A DNA stretch of 32,000 nt from the NCBI GenBank assembly GCA_002779075.1, contig PEXK01000050.1, forward strand, positions 3,741-35,740, written 5' to 3'. This stretch comes from Candidatus Diapherotrites archaeon CG08_land_8_20_14_0_20_30_16 (GTDB taxonomy: Archaea; Iainarchaeota; Iainarchaeia; Iainarchaeales; 0-14-0-20-30-16). Of the stretch, positions 16,992 to 25,238 are shown piece after piece (positions within the stretch are counted from its first letter, which is position 1; every line of letters begins with the position of its first letter). The translations under genes and the position numbers were made by a program. Below the pieces are notes generated by a model, which ran no database searches, was not told where the DNA came from, and worked only from the letters and a program-made list of their open reading frames with translations.

Positions 16992-18809
16992 TTATCTCTT
17001 TCGAAAGATATAAACTAGACTCAGGAATACAACTGTGTATGCTAGTAAAGCAATTGCATAATATGTTGCAGACTTGCCAACTATTGCATTGATTAATGCA
17101 TTCTTTCCTAAAGTCAAAGGCAGTATTGATGCTACTGCACTTAATGCTTGAGGCATAAAGTATATTGGCAAAATCAAACCAGATAGAAACAACATAGGCA
17201 TTACTATTAGCAATGAAAGCAAAATTGCAATACTTTCGCTTTCAACAAACAACCCTATAAAAAGGCCTACTGAAACAAAAGAGAATATACTTAAAATTAA
17301 ATATACCAAAAGAATAGGGACGTTTTGCAGAGGAAAACCAAACACTAAAATTGCAAAGAGGAACATCACTATTGCTGTCATGATCCCTACAATACTCTGG
17401 GCAAAAAATCTGCCCATAAAAAACCAAAATCTATTTCTTGGTGCTAACTTTTCTCTTACATCTATGCCTTGAGTTTTATCTTTAACACCCGACATACTGA
17501 CCAACAAAATTGCATTGAAAAGCAAAACCAAAACAATACCAAAAATTATTGCAATGTTTGATGATTTAAAAAATTCATAACGAGATTCTTTTTCTATTTT
17601 AATTGGATTTGCAATAGCTTCAGGATCAAATTTTGCAGGATCCAACTGTAAAATAAGAGAATCCATCAAAACAATTGATTTATTCAAATCCTCTTTTATT
17701 TCTGCTTGCTTCTTCAAACTGTTGTCAACAACAGAATTTACATAAGTGAAATCTTGTTCTACCTCTACTATTTTATTTTGTAAATTTATTAACATTACAT
17801 TTGTATCATTCACATCCTCTTCAATTAAATTAAAAGTTGCATTGAAATCTTTTACAAACTTGCCTAAACCCAAAGAGCTTTTGTTTGCATTAGTATTGGC
17901 ATCTCCCAAACTTTCTAATAAGATGTTTAAGTCCTGAGAAATTATTTCTGTTGAGTTCAAAAAAGAATTCAAATCCAAAGTATTTTTATCAATATTTAAC
18001 TGAGTCAGTGCTAAAGATAGTAACAATGCCTGTGATTTAATTGTTGCTAAATCTAATTTGAATTTACCTAAATCAAAATAAATAGAATCTATTAAATCTA
18101 CTAATTCCTTGTTTGAATTATATGCCTCTTCTAAAACCTCTTTATCCTTTTTTAGCTCATCTAATTTTGTATCTACATTATTGAGGTCTTTTTGTTTGTC
18201 ATTTAAAGTCTGCTTTATTTCTGTGAAATTAACACTATCCAACTTTTGTTTTATGCCCAATAACTCTGTTCTACTATCATCTAACATTTTGTTATAATTC
18301 TGCAATTTGTCTTTTTGTTCTATCAAAATAACCCTTAAATTTTTTATTTCGTTTGTTATTTCCGTTATCTTTTCTAAAGAAATCTTGTTGGAAAGCCCTA
18401 ATAAGGCGTTTTCTGTTAGATTTACACCTGATTTTCCAACAAAAAAGTCTAAATCTTCATAATAAATCTTTGCATAATATGTACTTTGGGCCAAAGGATT
18501 TACAAAAACAAATATTGGTGATACGCTAAATACATTATCAAAAAAGCCAGCAGTAAATCTCTGCAAAAGAGAAGCACTTTGATCAATTCCAAAGAATGTA
18601 GGGGTTATTCCAAACAATTTAAACTGCCCAGTAACTAAATCAGTGTTAAGATCTTGGACTTGTGACAAACCAATATTAAAACTAATATCGTGGCCTGAAA
18701 ACCCAACTCCAAGCAAATAAACTAAAAGCAGAGGATAAACCAAAAGAATAATTATTGAAAATTTCTTTGAAAATAAAACCTTTAACTCTTTCCAAATAAC
18801 AGACAACAT
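16992..18809 (-). CDS. ABC-2-type transporter permease with a large (~280 aa) extracytoplasmic coiled-coil insert (YhgE/Pip-like architecture)
   Basis: One N-terminal TM is followed by a long heptad-rich segment and then five C-terminal TM helices typical of ABC-2 permeases. The start is the ATG at 18809, or a GTG at 18818 overlapping the upstream stop. Confidence 0.75.
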   Translation of the reverse strand: MLSVIWKELKVLFSKKFSIIILLVYPLLLVYLLGVGFSGHDISFNIGLSQVQDLNTDLVTGQFKLFGITPTFFGIDQSASLLQRFTAGFFDNVFSVSPIFVFVNPLAQSTYYAKIYYEDLDFFVGKSGVNLTENALLGLSNKISLEKITEITNEIKNLRVILIEQKDKLQNYNKMLDDSRTELLGIKQKLDSVNFTEIKQTLNDKQKDLNNVDTKLDELKKDKEVLEEAYNSNKELVDLIDSIYFDLGKFKLDLATIKSQALLLSLALTQLNIDKNTLDLNSFLNSTEIISQDLNILLESLGDANTNANKSSLGLGKFVKDFNATFNLIEEDVNDTNVMLINLQNKIVEVEQDFTYVNSVVDNSLKKQAEIKEDLNKSIVLMDSLILQLDPAKFDPEAIANPIKIEKESRYEFFKSSNIAIIFGIVLVLLFNAILLVSMSGVKDKTQGIDVREKLAPRNRFWFFMGRFFAQSIVGIMTAIVMFLFAILVFGFPLQNVPILLVYLILSIFSFVSVGLFIGLFVESESIAILLSLLIVMPMLFLSGLILPIYFMPQALSAVASILPLTLGKNALINAIVGKSATYYAIALLAYTVVFLSLVYIFRKR

Positions 18810-18814
18810 ATTTA

Positions 18815-20158
18815 TCACACTTTGTCTTTTTTTATACTCCAGTAGCCACCTTTCTTTGAACCAATTCGTTCTAATATGCCTTGTTTTTTTAATTGATTTA
18901 ATTTATATTCTATTCCTCTTCTGGTAAGCCCAGTTAATACAATTAAATCTTTTGCCCTTATTTTAGGATTTTCTTTTATTGCAGGAATTATTTTATCCAC
19001 AGTTTTATCCACAGTTTTATCCACAGGTTCTACCAACCGTTCAACATTTGGCCTTTTAATGTAAACTCTAAAATAAGATCCTGATTGTTCAAAAATGGGT
19101 TTTTCTAGTTTTTCTTTTTTTAACAATGCAATTACATTTAATATGCCTTGGCCCCATTTATCAATTAAACCTGTATAATATACTGTTTCTGCAATAGATC
19201 TATTCCTAGGTACAGAATCATGTATTTTATATAAATTAGATATTTTTAAATCGCCTGGTAAATAACCTGTATTGGATATTATTAATTCTTTATCTCGAAT
19301 ATCAATATACACAAAACCATTTGTAGTATAATCTCTATGAATAAACGCATTTATAATTATTTCTCTTAACACTTCAATTGGAATCTCCCATCGTTCTTTC
19401 CTATATAATCCTTCAATCTTTGCTTCTAATCTAATATGCTCTTTAATAAAATTAATTCCTGACTCTAAATTTTCAAAAAGATTGCCATTAAAATCTTTCA
19501 TACTGATGATTTCTGTTTCACCTTTTAACCGTCTTGCCCTCAAACTAAAATTAGGATCAAATCTTATTGGTTCCCTACCAAATAATACTATACAAGCATT
19601 AGTAATTTTATTGTCTTTTATCAAACCCAATTTAGTTAATATTCTTATTTTGTCTTTATCAACAATATTTAATCTTTTTGATTCTCTTACTAATTTTAAG
19701 AATTCATTAACTGTTTTAATATTAATGTCTTTTATTGTCGCAGCTTTACACATTTGTAATTCCCATTCAGATGCAACTTGTTCAAATGCCAATCTTCTTA
19801 ATTCTTCAAAAGTCATTGCTTTAGTTTCAGAACCAATTCTCTTGTAAGATACACCATCTAAAGAATAAGGTTTATTCTGTCCTTCTTTAATAACTACTTT
19901 TATTATAGTTTTACTCTCTACAATAATTTCTCTAATCTCTGGTTGTATTTCTGGTTTTATTTTCTGTAATATTTTTTGCGAAATATTTCTTAAAGTTGAA
20001 TCTGAAACAACTTGTCCAATAATTTTGCTATTATCATTTATTCCAAAATAAAGAGTGCCACCTTTATGATTACTAAAAGCACAAAGGTCTTCCAAAGAGT
20101 TATCCAATTGAGATGTACTTTTTTTTAACTCTATTGTTTCTGATTCTTTGAATTTCAT
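18815..20158 (-). CDS. AlbA_2/Schlafen-type DNA-binding domain, HATPase-like domain and C-terminal winged-helix regulator (COG2865-like)
   Basis: The N-terminus ESETIELKKS...CAFSNHKGGTLYFGI is the AlbA_2 signature. NAFIHRDY marks the ATPase-like domain, and there is a C-terminal wHTH. The gene starts 2 nt after the ABC ATPase stop. Confidence 0.75.
   Translation of the reverse strand: MKFKESETIELKKSTSQLDNSLEDLCAFSNHKGGTLYFGINDNSKIIGQVVSDSTLRNISQKILQKIKPEIQPEIREIIVESKTIIKVVIKEGQNKPYSLDGVSYKRIGSETKAMTFEELRRLAFEQVASEWELQMCKAATIKDINIKTVNEFLKLVRESKRLNIVDKDKIRILTKLGLIKDNKITNACIVLFGREPIRFDPNFSLRARRLKGETEIISMKDFNGNLFENLESGINFIKEHIRLEAKIEGLYRKERWEIPIEVLREIIINAFIHRDYTTNGFVYIDIRDKELIISNTGYLPGDLKISNLYKIHDSVPRNRSIAETVYYTGLIDKWGQGILNVIALLKKEKLEKPIFEQSGSYFRVYIKRPNVERLVEPVDKTVDKTVDKIIPAIKENPKIRAKDLIVLTGLTRRGIEYKLNQLKKQGILERIGSKKGGYWSIKKDKV
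18991..19026. repeat. Perfect 12-nt tandem repeat x3 (ttttatccacag), encoding (VDKT)3
   Basis: Read directly from the sequence. It lies in the linker before the wHTH of the AlbA_2 protein. Confidence 0.95.
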
Positions 20159-20160
20159 AT

Positions 20161-21093
20161 TTATCCCTTTATTATATTTTCAAATGCATCTTCTAAAGTA
20201 GGCATAAAGATATTTGTGTCTTTAACAATTAATCTCTTAGATTCTATTAAATAAACAACATCTGTCAAAGTGTTCAAAACATTTTCCGAGCTTATTACTA
20301 TTCTAGTTTTGTCCTCGTTTGTTTCAATAGCATTGAATTTTCGTTTTATTTGTGATAATATTGTATCACCTATTGCTTTAGATAAAATTAATTCTATTCT
20401 TACAGTTCTCGCAAATTTCTCTTGTATTTCCTTTGGTGTACCAAACAAAATTATTCTTCCCTCTTTCAATATTGCAATTTTATCACAAAGTTTCTGTGCT
20501 TCATCCAAATAATGTGTTGTCAATATCAATGTCTTGCCTTGTTCCTTTAACTTTGTTATTACTTCCCAAACTTTAATTCGCATATCAGTATCTAAAGCAA
20601 CTGTAGGCTCATCTAAAAGAATTAATGTTGGGTTGTGCAAAAGAGAAATTGCTATATTCAATAATCTTTTGTAGCCACCAGAAAGCTTTTGTGCTTTTGT
20701 ATTTGTAAATTTAGATAGACTCAAATCATCAATTAATTTAGGAATTACATTTTTTCTTTCTTTTCTTGACAGGCCATAGGCTTTCGAAAAATATTGCAGA
20801 TTATCTTTGACAGTCAGTTCCATATAAAAAGCAAAATCCTGAGGCACTAAAGTAATATGTTTTTTTATACTGTGAAAGTCTTTATCCTGGTCTGTACCTA
20901 AGACAAATATTTTTCCATCATCCTTTTCAATAAGTTTTGTTATTAATTTAGAAACTGTGCTTTTGCCAGCACCATTAGGACCTAACAGGCCTATACATTG
21001 GCCAGCATAAGCTTCAAAGCTCACGCCAGTCAAAACCTGTTTCTTTCCAAAGCTTTTACGTAAATTTGATATTTTCAAAACTGCTTCAGACAT
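20161..21093 (-). CDS. ABC transporter ATP-binding protein (ABC-2/DrrA-like exporter type)
   Basis: Walker A is GPNGAGKST, the signature LSGGYKR, Walker B LILLDEP and the H-loop TTHYLDEA. Confidence 0.9.
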   Translation of the reverse strand: MSEAVLKISNLRKSFGKKQVLTGVSFEAYAGQCIGLLGPNGAGKSTVSKLITKLIEKDDGKIFVLGTDQDKDFHSIKKHITLVPQDFAFYMELTVKDNLQYFSKAYGLSRKERKNVIPKLIDDLSLSKFTNTKAQKLSGGYKRLLNIAISLLHNPTLILLDEPTVALDTDMRIKVWEVITKLKEQGKTLILTTHYLDEAQKLCDKIAILKEGRIILFGTPKEIQEKFARTVRIELILSKAIGDTILSQIKRKFNAIETNEDKTRIVISSENVLNTLTDVVYLIESKRLIVKDTNIFMPTLEDAFENIIKG

Positions 21094-21136
21094 ATTATCA
21101 CAAAGAATACCAATTATAAATATAAATATATTACTA

Positions 21137-21553
21137 TTAAATATCTAAAACAAATTCACAACTTTTTTCTTTTGTTTTTACATCCTCTTTGTACAGAACA
21201 TTGAAAGAAACTGCTTTAACTTCGATTTTATAATCTTCTTTCTTTGTTTCGCACAAAACAAAAGAGCAGGTTAAAATATATTTTTCTTTTTTGTGTTCCA
21301 AATTACAACTAAACAGCTTGCTTGCAAAATGTTCGTAGTTTGCAATGTAAACAATTTCATCAATAAAATCATGTATCAGTTGTTCAATAGATCCAGACTC
21401 TAAAACTAATTCCCTATGTTTATCGCATTTTATTGGCTTAGCTTCAAAAATAGCCTCGTTTACAGATTTAACAATATCTGAAAAGAATTCAAACTCGTTT
21501 TTTGCTTTAACTCTGATCTTAATATCTGCTGTATGCTCTAGATATTCAAACAT
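21137..21553 (-). CDS. Archease (RtcB activator)
   Basis: MFEYLEHTADIKIRV is the archease N-terminal signature. The size is 138 aa, and the gene lies directly downstream of rtcB. Confidence 0.85.
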   Translation of the reverse strand: MFEYLEHTADIKIRVKAKNEFEFFSDIVKSVNEAIFEAKPIKCDKHRELVLESGSIEQLIHDFIDEIVYIANYEHFASKLFSCNLEHKKEKYILTCSFVLCETKKEDYKIEVKAVSFNVLYKEDVKTKEKSCEFVLDI

Positions 21554-21595
21554 TTTTCCCCTTCACCAATACACAATCAACACACAAATCATTTT

Positions 21596-21649
21596 TCCAA
21601 CACATAATCAACATATAATCTAAATATATAAATTTTCCTGTTTAGTGTA
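21596..21649 (-). promoter_or_regulatory. TACACTAAACAG box, TATA and AGATTATATGTTGATTATGTGTTGGA block upstream of archease
   Basis: On the minus strand it reads TAG(stop)TACACTAAACAGGAAAATTTATATATTTAGATTATATGTTGATTATGTGTTGGA. The archease ATG lies 43 nt further on, after SD GGTGAAGGGG. Confidence 0.55.
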
Positions 21650-24532
21650 CTAACCCTTCATTACAAGTACAGGTTTTAATTTAACAACTGGTTTTGCCAA
21701 TTTATTTTCTTTCAATACATTAATGACTTCTGAAACATCTTTATAACTTTCTGGTGCTTCCTCTAAAATCCCTTTTCTTGTCATAGTTTTTATTTCAATA
21801 TTTTTTTGCGACAATTCTTTCATAACATTTTCATAAGTTAAATTCCTTAACGCACTACTTCTGCTCATTATTCTTCCTGCACCATGTGCTACAGAACCAA
21901 AACTTTTTTCTTCTGCTTTATCGCCTACCAAAACATATGAACAAGTACCCATACTCCCGGGAACAATAACTGGTTGACCTGTTTCTAGATATTTGTCTGG
22001 CAACAGTTTGTTTCCTTTTGCAAATGCACGAGTTGCGCCTTTTCTATGTACTAAAACATCCTGTAACTTACCATCTATCTTATATTGTTCTTTTTTTGCA
22101 ATATTGTGTGCAACATCATATAATAAATCTAATTTAAATCCATATTTTTCAAATACTTCTCTTGTTTTAAAAGTCATCATTTGTCTATTTACATAGGCAA
22201 AATTTGCTGCAGCATTCATACTTTGCAAACATTTTTCACCTTCTAAACTTTGTATTGGCACACAGGCCAATTGCGAATCAGGCAAATTAAATTTATATTT
22301 TGTTTGTGAATCCAAACACAATTTAATTAAATCAGTTGCTATTTGATGACCAAAACCTCGAGATCCTGAATGAATCATTACTGTTAAATCATTTTTGTGA
22401 AGATTCCATTTGTTTGCCAACTTTTCATCAAATATTTCATCAACAATTTGAACTTCTAAAAAATGATTTCCTGAGCCAAGAGTTCCAATTTGTGCTAATG
22501 CTCTTGAAATTGCTCTCTGTGATAAAAATTCATTTGATCCTTTTAAACAGCCATAATCTTCGGTTGATTCTTTATCGTTTTTATTTGCTATTCCATTAGC
22601 AATTGCATAATCAATTCCTTTTGAAGTTAATTCAAATAATTCTTGTTTAGTTAATTTTTCTTTTGTTTCTGAACCAACACCAGATGGAATATTTTTGAAT
22701 AAATCATCTAATATTTGTTTTTTATTTTTTTCTATTAGCCCTATATTTGTATTTGAAGTTAATAATCTTACCCCGCAATTTGATACTAAAATATTATTTG
22801 CAACAAAATTATGCGATTTATGAGACATTGTAAAATCATAAACTGTTTCTAATTTATTCTTAATCTTAATTGATTTTATCAAATCTAGACAAAATCCTGT
22901 TTTTCCAAATAATTTTTCATTTTTTTTGACAAAGTTATCAAAAGATTCAAAATTAAAAGCAATTCTTGAGCTAGTTTTTCTTCCACCCCAAATCGATCTT
23001 TCAATAAATCTTTCATTAATATCAAAATCAACAAGTACTTTACAGATCTCGTTTTTAGATGAATCATTGGTATGCATTTGTTTAGCTTGCTTTGCAATAA
23101 TTTCTCTTTTATTAACAATTAATAATTTTTGTTTTAAATATGCTGCGGCTAGACCAGATAAATGTAACTTTTTAATATTATACTCATAACCAATTTTAGA
23201 AAATAAATTTATTAAATTTTGTGAATTTGAATCAATACAAAGCCTAACTCTATATTTATCTCCTTTTTTTCCAGAATATTCATAAGTAGGTTCTAATAAA
23301 TTAGAATCAATATTAAATTCTTTTAATATTAACTTAATATCTGTTAAAAATTCAACTAAATTTTGAATTTTACTTTTCTCTTTATCTTGTCCTAAAGTAG
23401 GCACATAAAAATTGTATTTATTTAAAGTTGATGTGGTACTCATATATGCACCAAAAAATGATGCTAAATATAATCGTTTATACCATAATGGACTAGTCTT
23501 AATCCAATTTGGTACAACAATATCCTGTTTTGTTTTATCTCCTGCTAAAACACCTAACACAATTAATAAACTCGCAAAACTCTGTGAATTAATATTAAAA
23601 CTTTGTTCAATGTTTTCAAATTTTACCTCAGAATATCGAGTATTAATAGTGTGTGCCCTTTTTCTAGAATATACTTTTGTTGGGATATATCCTAATTTTA
23701 ATGCATCCTGTCTTATCAAATTTAGATCTTCAGACAAACCATAAAAACTAACTGTTGCTTTATTATTTATATTTATTGTGCCATCGCCAGTAACAAAACC
23801 AATTATCTTTAATAAATAAGGTACTTTATCTGAATCTAAATATAAGGGCCAAAGATTTCTTGACTCTAATTCTTTAATTATTGTCTCTTTGTTAAAAGGT
23901 AAATTAAATCTAGATAATTTGTTTTTATCTAATAATAATTCGTGTTTTGGTTTTTCATATTTAACCCCTTCAAAAGGGTAAATCATCACATTATCATCAA
24001 CTTTTAATTTGTTTGCAAATATTTTTCCTTTATTTGTAAATATAGGATGATCTTCACTACATATTATTTCATAGCCTAATTTTGTATTAATTTTAACAAT
24101 CTTATTTACTTGTTTTGATAAAAATAACTTTGGCACATTAGAATATAATTTTTTATTTTCAAATGCAATTAAATTTTGTTTTATCCCCTCTTTAATCTTA
24201 TAATAATAGCCTAAATCAGACAATATTTTTGAGTCCCCTGTCAAACAATTTATATCAAAACCCGTAACTCCAGGAGATATAATTCCATTCTCAAAATCAA
24301 ATGCTACAACACACCCGATTGGGGCGCCATAACCAGAATGCATATCTGGCATAGCATATGCATTGCCAACAATTCCTGGCAAAGTAGAAGCATTTTTAAT
24401 TTGATTAATTGCTTCCTGTTCAACTTGGTTTAATAATTTTTCATTTAGATAAAGAGTGCAATCAGTATTCATATTGCCTGATTTCTTAATTACATATTCA
24501 TTTGCATTTACTTTTGTTACTTCTTCGAACAT
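21650..24532 (-). CDS. rtcB: RNA-splicing ligase RtcB interrupted by one intein (exteins 95 + 375 aa)
   Basis: The N-extein ends GFDIN and the C-extein starts CGVRLL, which together rebuild the RtcB motif G-x-DINCGVR. Later motifs are GSGNHF, HSGSRGFGH, HNIA and AHGAGR. Confidence 0.95.
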   Translation of the reverse strand: MFEEVTKVNANEYVIKKSGNMNTDCTLYLNEKLLNQVEQEAINQIKNASTLPGIVGNAYAMPDMHSGYGAPIGCVVAFDFENGIISPGVTGFDINCLTGDSKILSDLGYYYKIKEGIKQNLIAFENKKLYSNVPKLFLSKQVNKIVKINTKLGYEIICSEDHPIFTNKGKIFANKLKVDDNVMIYPFEGVKYEKPKHELLLDKNKLSRFNLPFNKETIIKELESRNLWPLYLDSDKVPYLLKIIGFVTGDGTININNKATVSFYGLSEDLNLIRQDALKLGYIPTKVYSRKRAHTINTRYSEVKFENIEQSFNINSQSFASLLIVLGVLAGDKTKQDIVVPNWIKTSPLWYKRLYLASFFGAYMSTTSTLNKYNFYVPTLGQDKEKSKIQNLVEFLTDIKLILKEFNIDSNLLEPTYEYSGKKGDKYRVRLCIDSNSQNLINLFSKIGYEYNIKKLHLSGLAAAYLKQKLLIVNKREIIAKQAKQMHTNDSSKNEICKVLVDFDINERFIERSIWGGRKTSSRIAFNFESFDNFVKKNEKLFGKTGFCLDLIKSIKIKNKLETVYDFTMSHKSHNFVANNILVSNCGVRLLTSNTNIGLIEKNKKQILDDLFKNIPSGVGSETKEKLTKQELFELTSKGIDYAIANGIANKNDKESTEDYGCLKGSNEFLSQRAISRALAQIGTLGSGNHFLEVQIVDEIFDEKLANKWNLHKNDLTVMIHSGSRGFGHQIATDLIKLCLDSQTKYKFNLPDSQLACVPIQSLEGEKCLQSMNAAANFAYVNRQMMTFKTREVFEKYGFKLDLLYDVAHNIAKKEQYKIDGKLQDVLVHRKGATRAFAKGNKLLPDKYLETGQPVIVPGSMGTCSYVLVGDKAEEKSFGSVAHGAGRIMSRSSALRNLTYENVMKELSQKNIEIKTMTRKGILEEAPESYKDVSEVINVLKENKLAKPVVKLKPVLVMKG
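22778..24247 (-). mobile_element. Intein (490 aa) with a LAGLIDADG homing-endonuclease domain
   Basis: It starts CLTGDSKIL (block A). SEDHPIF is block B. It ends HNFVANNILVSN, followed by the +1 Cys. The first LAGLIDADG-like motif is YLLKIIGFVTGDGTI. The second, LYLASFFGAYMS, lacks the acidic residue. Confidence 0.9.
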
Positions 24533-24602
24533 ATATAATATATAAAATTAGTAAGTATATAAAATTATGTTAATATTTAAAATAAGAAACACAAGGATTG
24601 AT

Positions 24603-24758
24603 TTAATCCTTTACAAATTTCTGTATTTCATCTAGGTTTTCAATAATTAACTTTGCTTTTGTTTTGCCAAACATAAAAGGATACTTTTTTTCAGCATCTG
24701 CTTCAGCATAAAGTTTAATCATTTTATTTCCTTTAAATTCATCATATTCCACCGACAT
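24603..24758 (-). CDS. Small conserved-looking protein (51 aa), absent from the ORF track
   Basis: SD GGTGG lies 4 nt before the ATG at 24758. The translation is MSVEYDEFKGNKMIKLYAEADAEKKYPFMFGKTKAKLIIENLDEIQKFVKD, and the composition is not low-complexity. Confidence 0.5.
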   Translation of the reverse strand: MSVEYDEFKGNKMIKLYAEADAEKKYPFMFGKTKAKLIIENLDEIQKFVKD

Positions 24759-24792
24759 ATTACCACCTTATTTTTCTTTTTTTAGCAAACTT

Positions 24793-24832
24793 AAAGTCAA
24801 AATGGCTTGTAAAAACAAGATCTTTTGACTTT
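24793..24832. repeat. Nested 40-nt palindrome AAAGTCAAAA-tgg-CTTGT-aaaa-ACAAG-atc-TTTTGACTTT
   Basis: Read directly: 10-bp outer and 5-bp inner arms. It lies between the tRNA-Ser 3' flank and the small CDS. Confidence 0.8.
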
Positions 24833-24909
24833 GTTGTTAGAAATTCTTACTGATGCTTGAATTTCGAACACTAGGTTTTCTTTCTTTTTTAAAAGAAAGA
24901 AAAGATAGA

Positions 24910-24992
24910 CGCAGGGAAAGGGATTTGAACCCTCGCCTCCAGAGGAGACCCGCTCTCAAGGCGGGCGCATTGGACCGCTCTGCCATCCCTGC
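24910..24992 (-). tRNA. tRNA-Ser (anticodon UGA), class II with a long variable arm, no intron, CCA not encoded
   Basis: The minus strand reads GCAGGGATGGCAGAGCGGTCCAATGCGCCCGCCTTGAGAGCGGGTCTCCTCTGGAGGCGAGGGTTCAAATCCCTTTCCCTGCG. It has a 7-bp acceptor stem, anticodon loop CTTGAGA, variable stem CTCC/GGAG and T-loop TTCAAAT. Confidence 0.95.
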
Positions 24993-25053
24993 AAACCGCA
25001 AGATCGGTTTACGCTCTGTATGTTTCGCTTTGCTCAAGCATACCTTCCAATAA

Positions 25054-25130
25054 TTTTCTTTCTTTTGGTAAACGTAAGATACCATCTTTCTTTTAGCAAA
25101 CCTCACACTGTTTTCTTTCTTTTGGCAAAC
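25054..25130 (-). repeat. Three of six dispersed copies of a ~20-nt repeat GTTTRCYAAAAGAAAGAAAA (minus-strand reading) in the tRNA spacer
   Basis: The copies are at 25054-25073, 25083-25101 and 25111-25130. Further copies lie at 24771-24790, 25197-25211 (partial) and 25336-25358. Confidence 0.8.
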
Positions 25131-25213
25131 CAAACTTGTGCTAAGTTTCTTTTAGAAACTTGTTACGAAGTAAAAGTATTGTGTAAACAATACTTGGTGT
25201 TTTTGGCAAACCT

Positions 25214-25234
25214 AGGCTTTTTACTAAAAAGCCT
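25214..25234 (-). terminator. Perfect 9-bp hairpin AGGCTTTTT-agt-AAAAAGCCT, 4 nt after the tRNA-Pro 3' end
   Basis: Read directly. Its role as a terminator or processing signal is inferred from position only. Confidence 0.4.
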
Positions 25235-25238
25235 GGTA

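Noticed and set aside
24940-24965. The C/D sRNA D-guide (UUGAUAGGCGGG) might target the tRNA-Ser anticodon arm (CCCGCCU...).
   Set aside because: Complementarity covers only 7 contiguous nt and then breaks (UUGAGA versus AUCAA). That is too short for a guide duplex and is probably coincidence.
24993-25050. H/ACA sRNA or split-tRNA half upstream of tRNA-Ser.
   Set aside because: The hairpins are too short (5-6 bp) for a pseudouridylation pocket and there is no K-turn. tRNA-Ser is complete in one piece, and no bulge-helix-bulge motif is visible.
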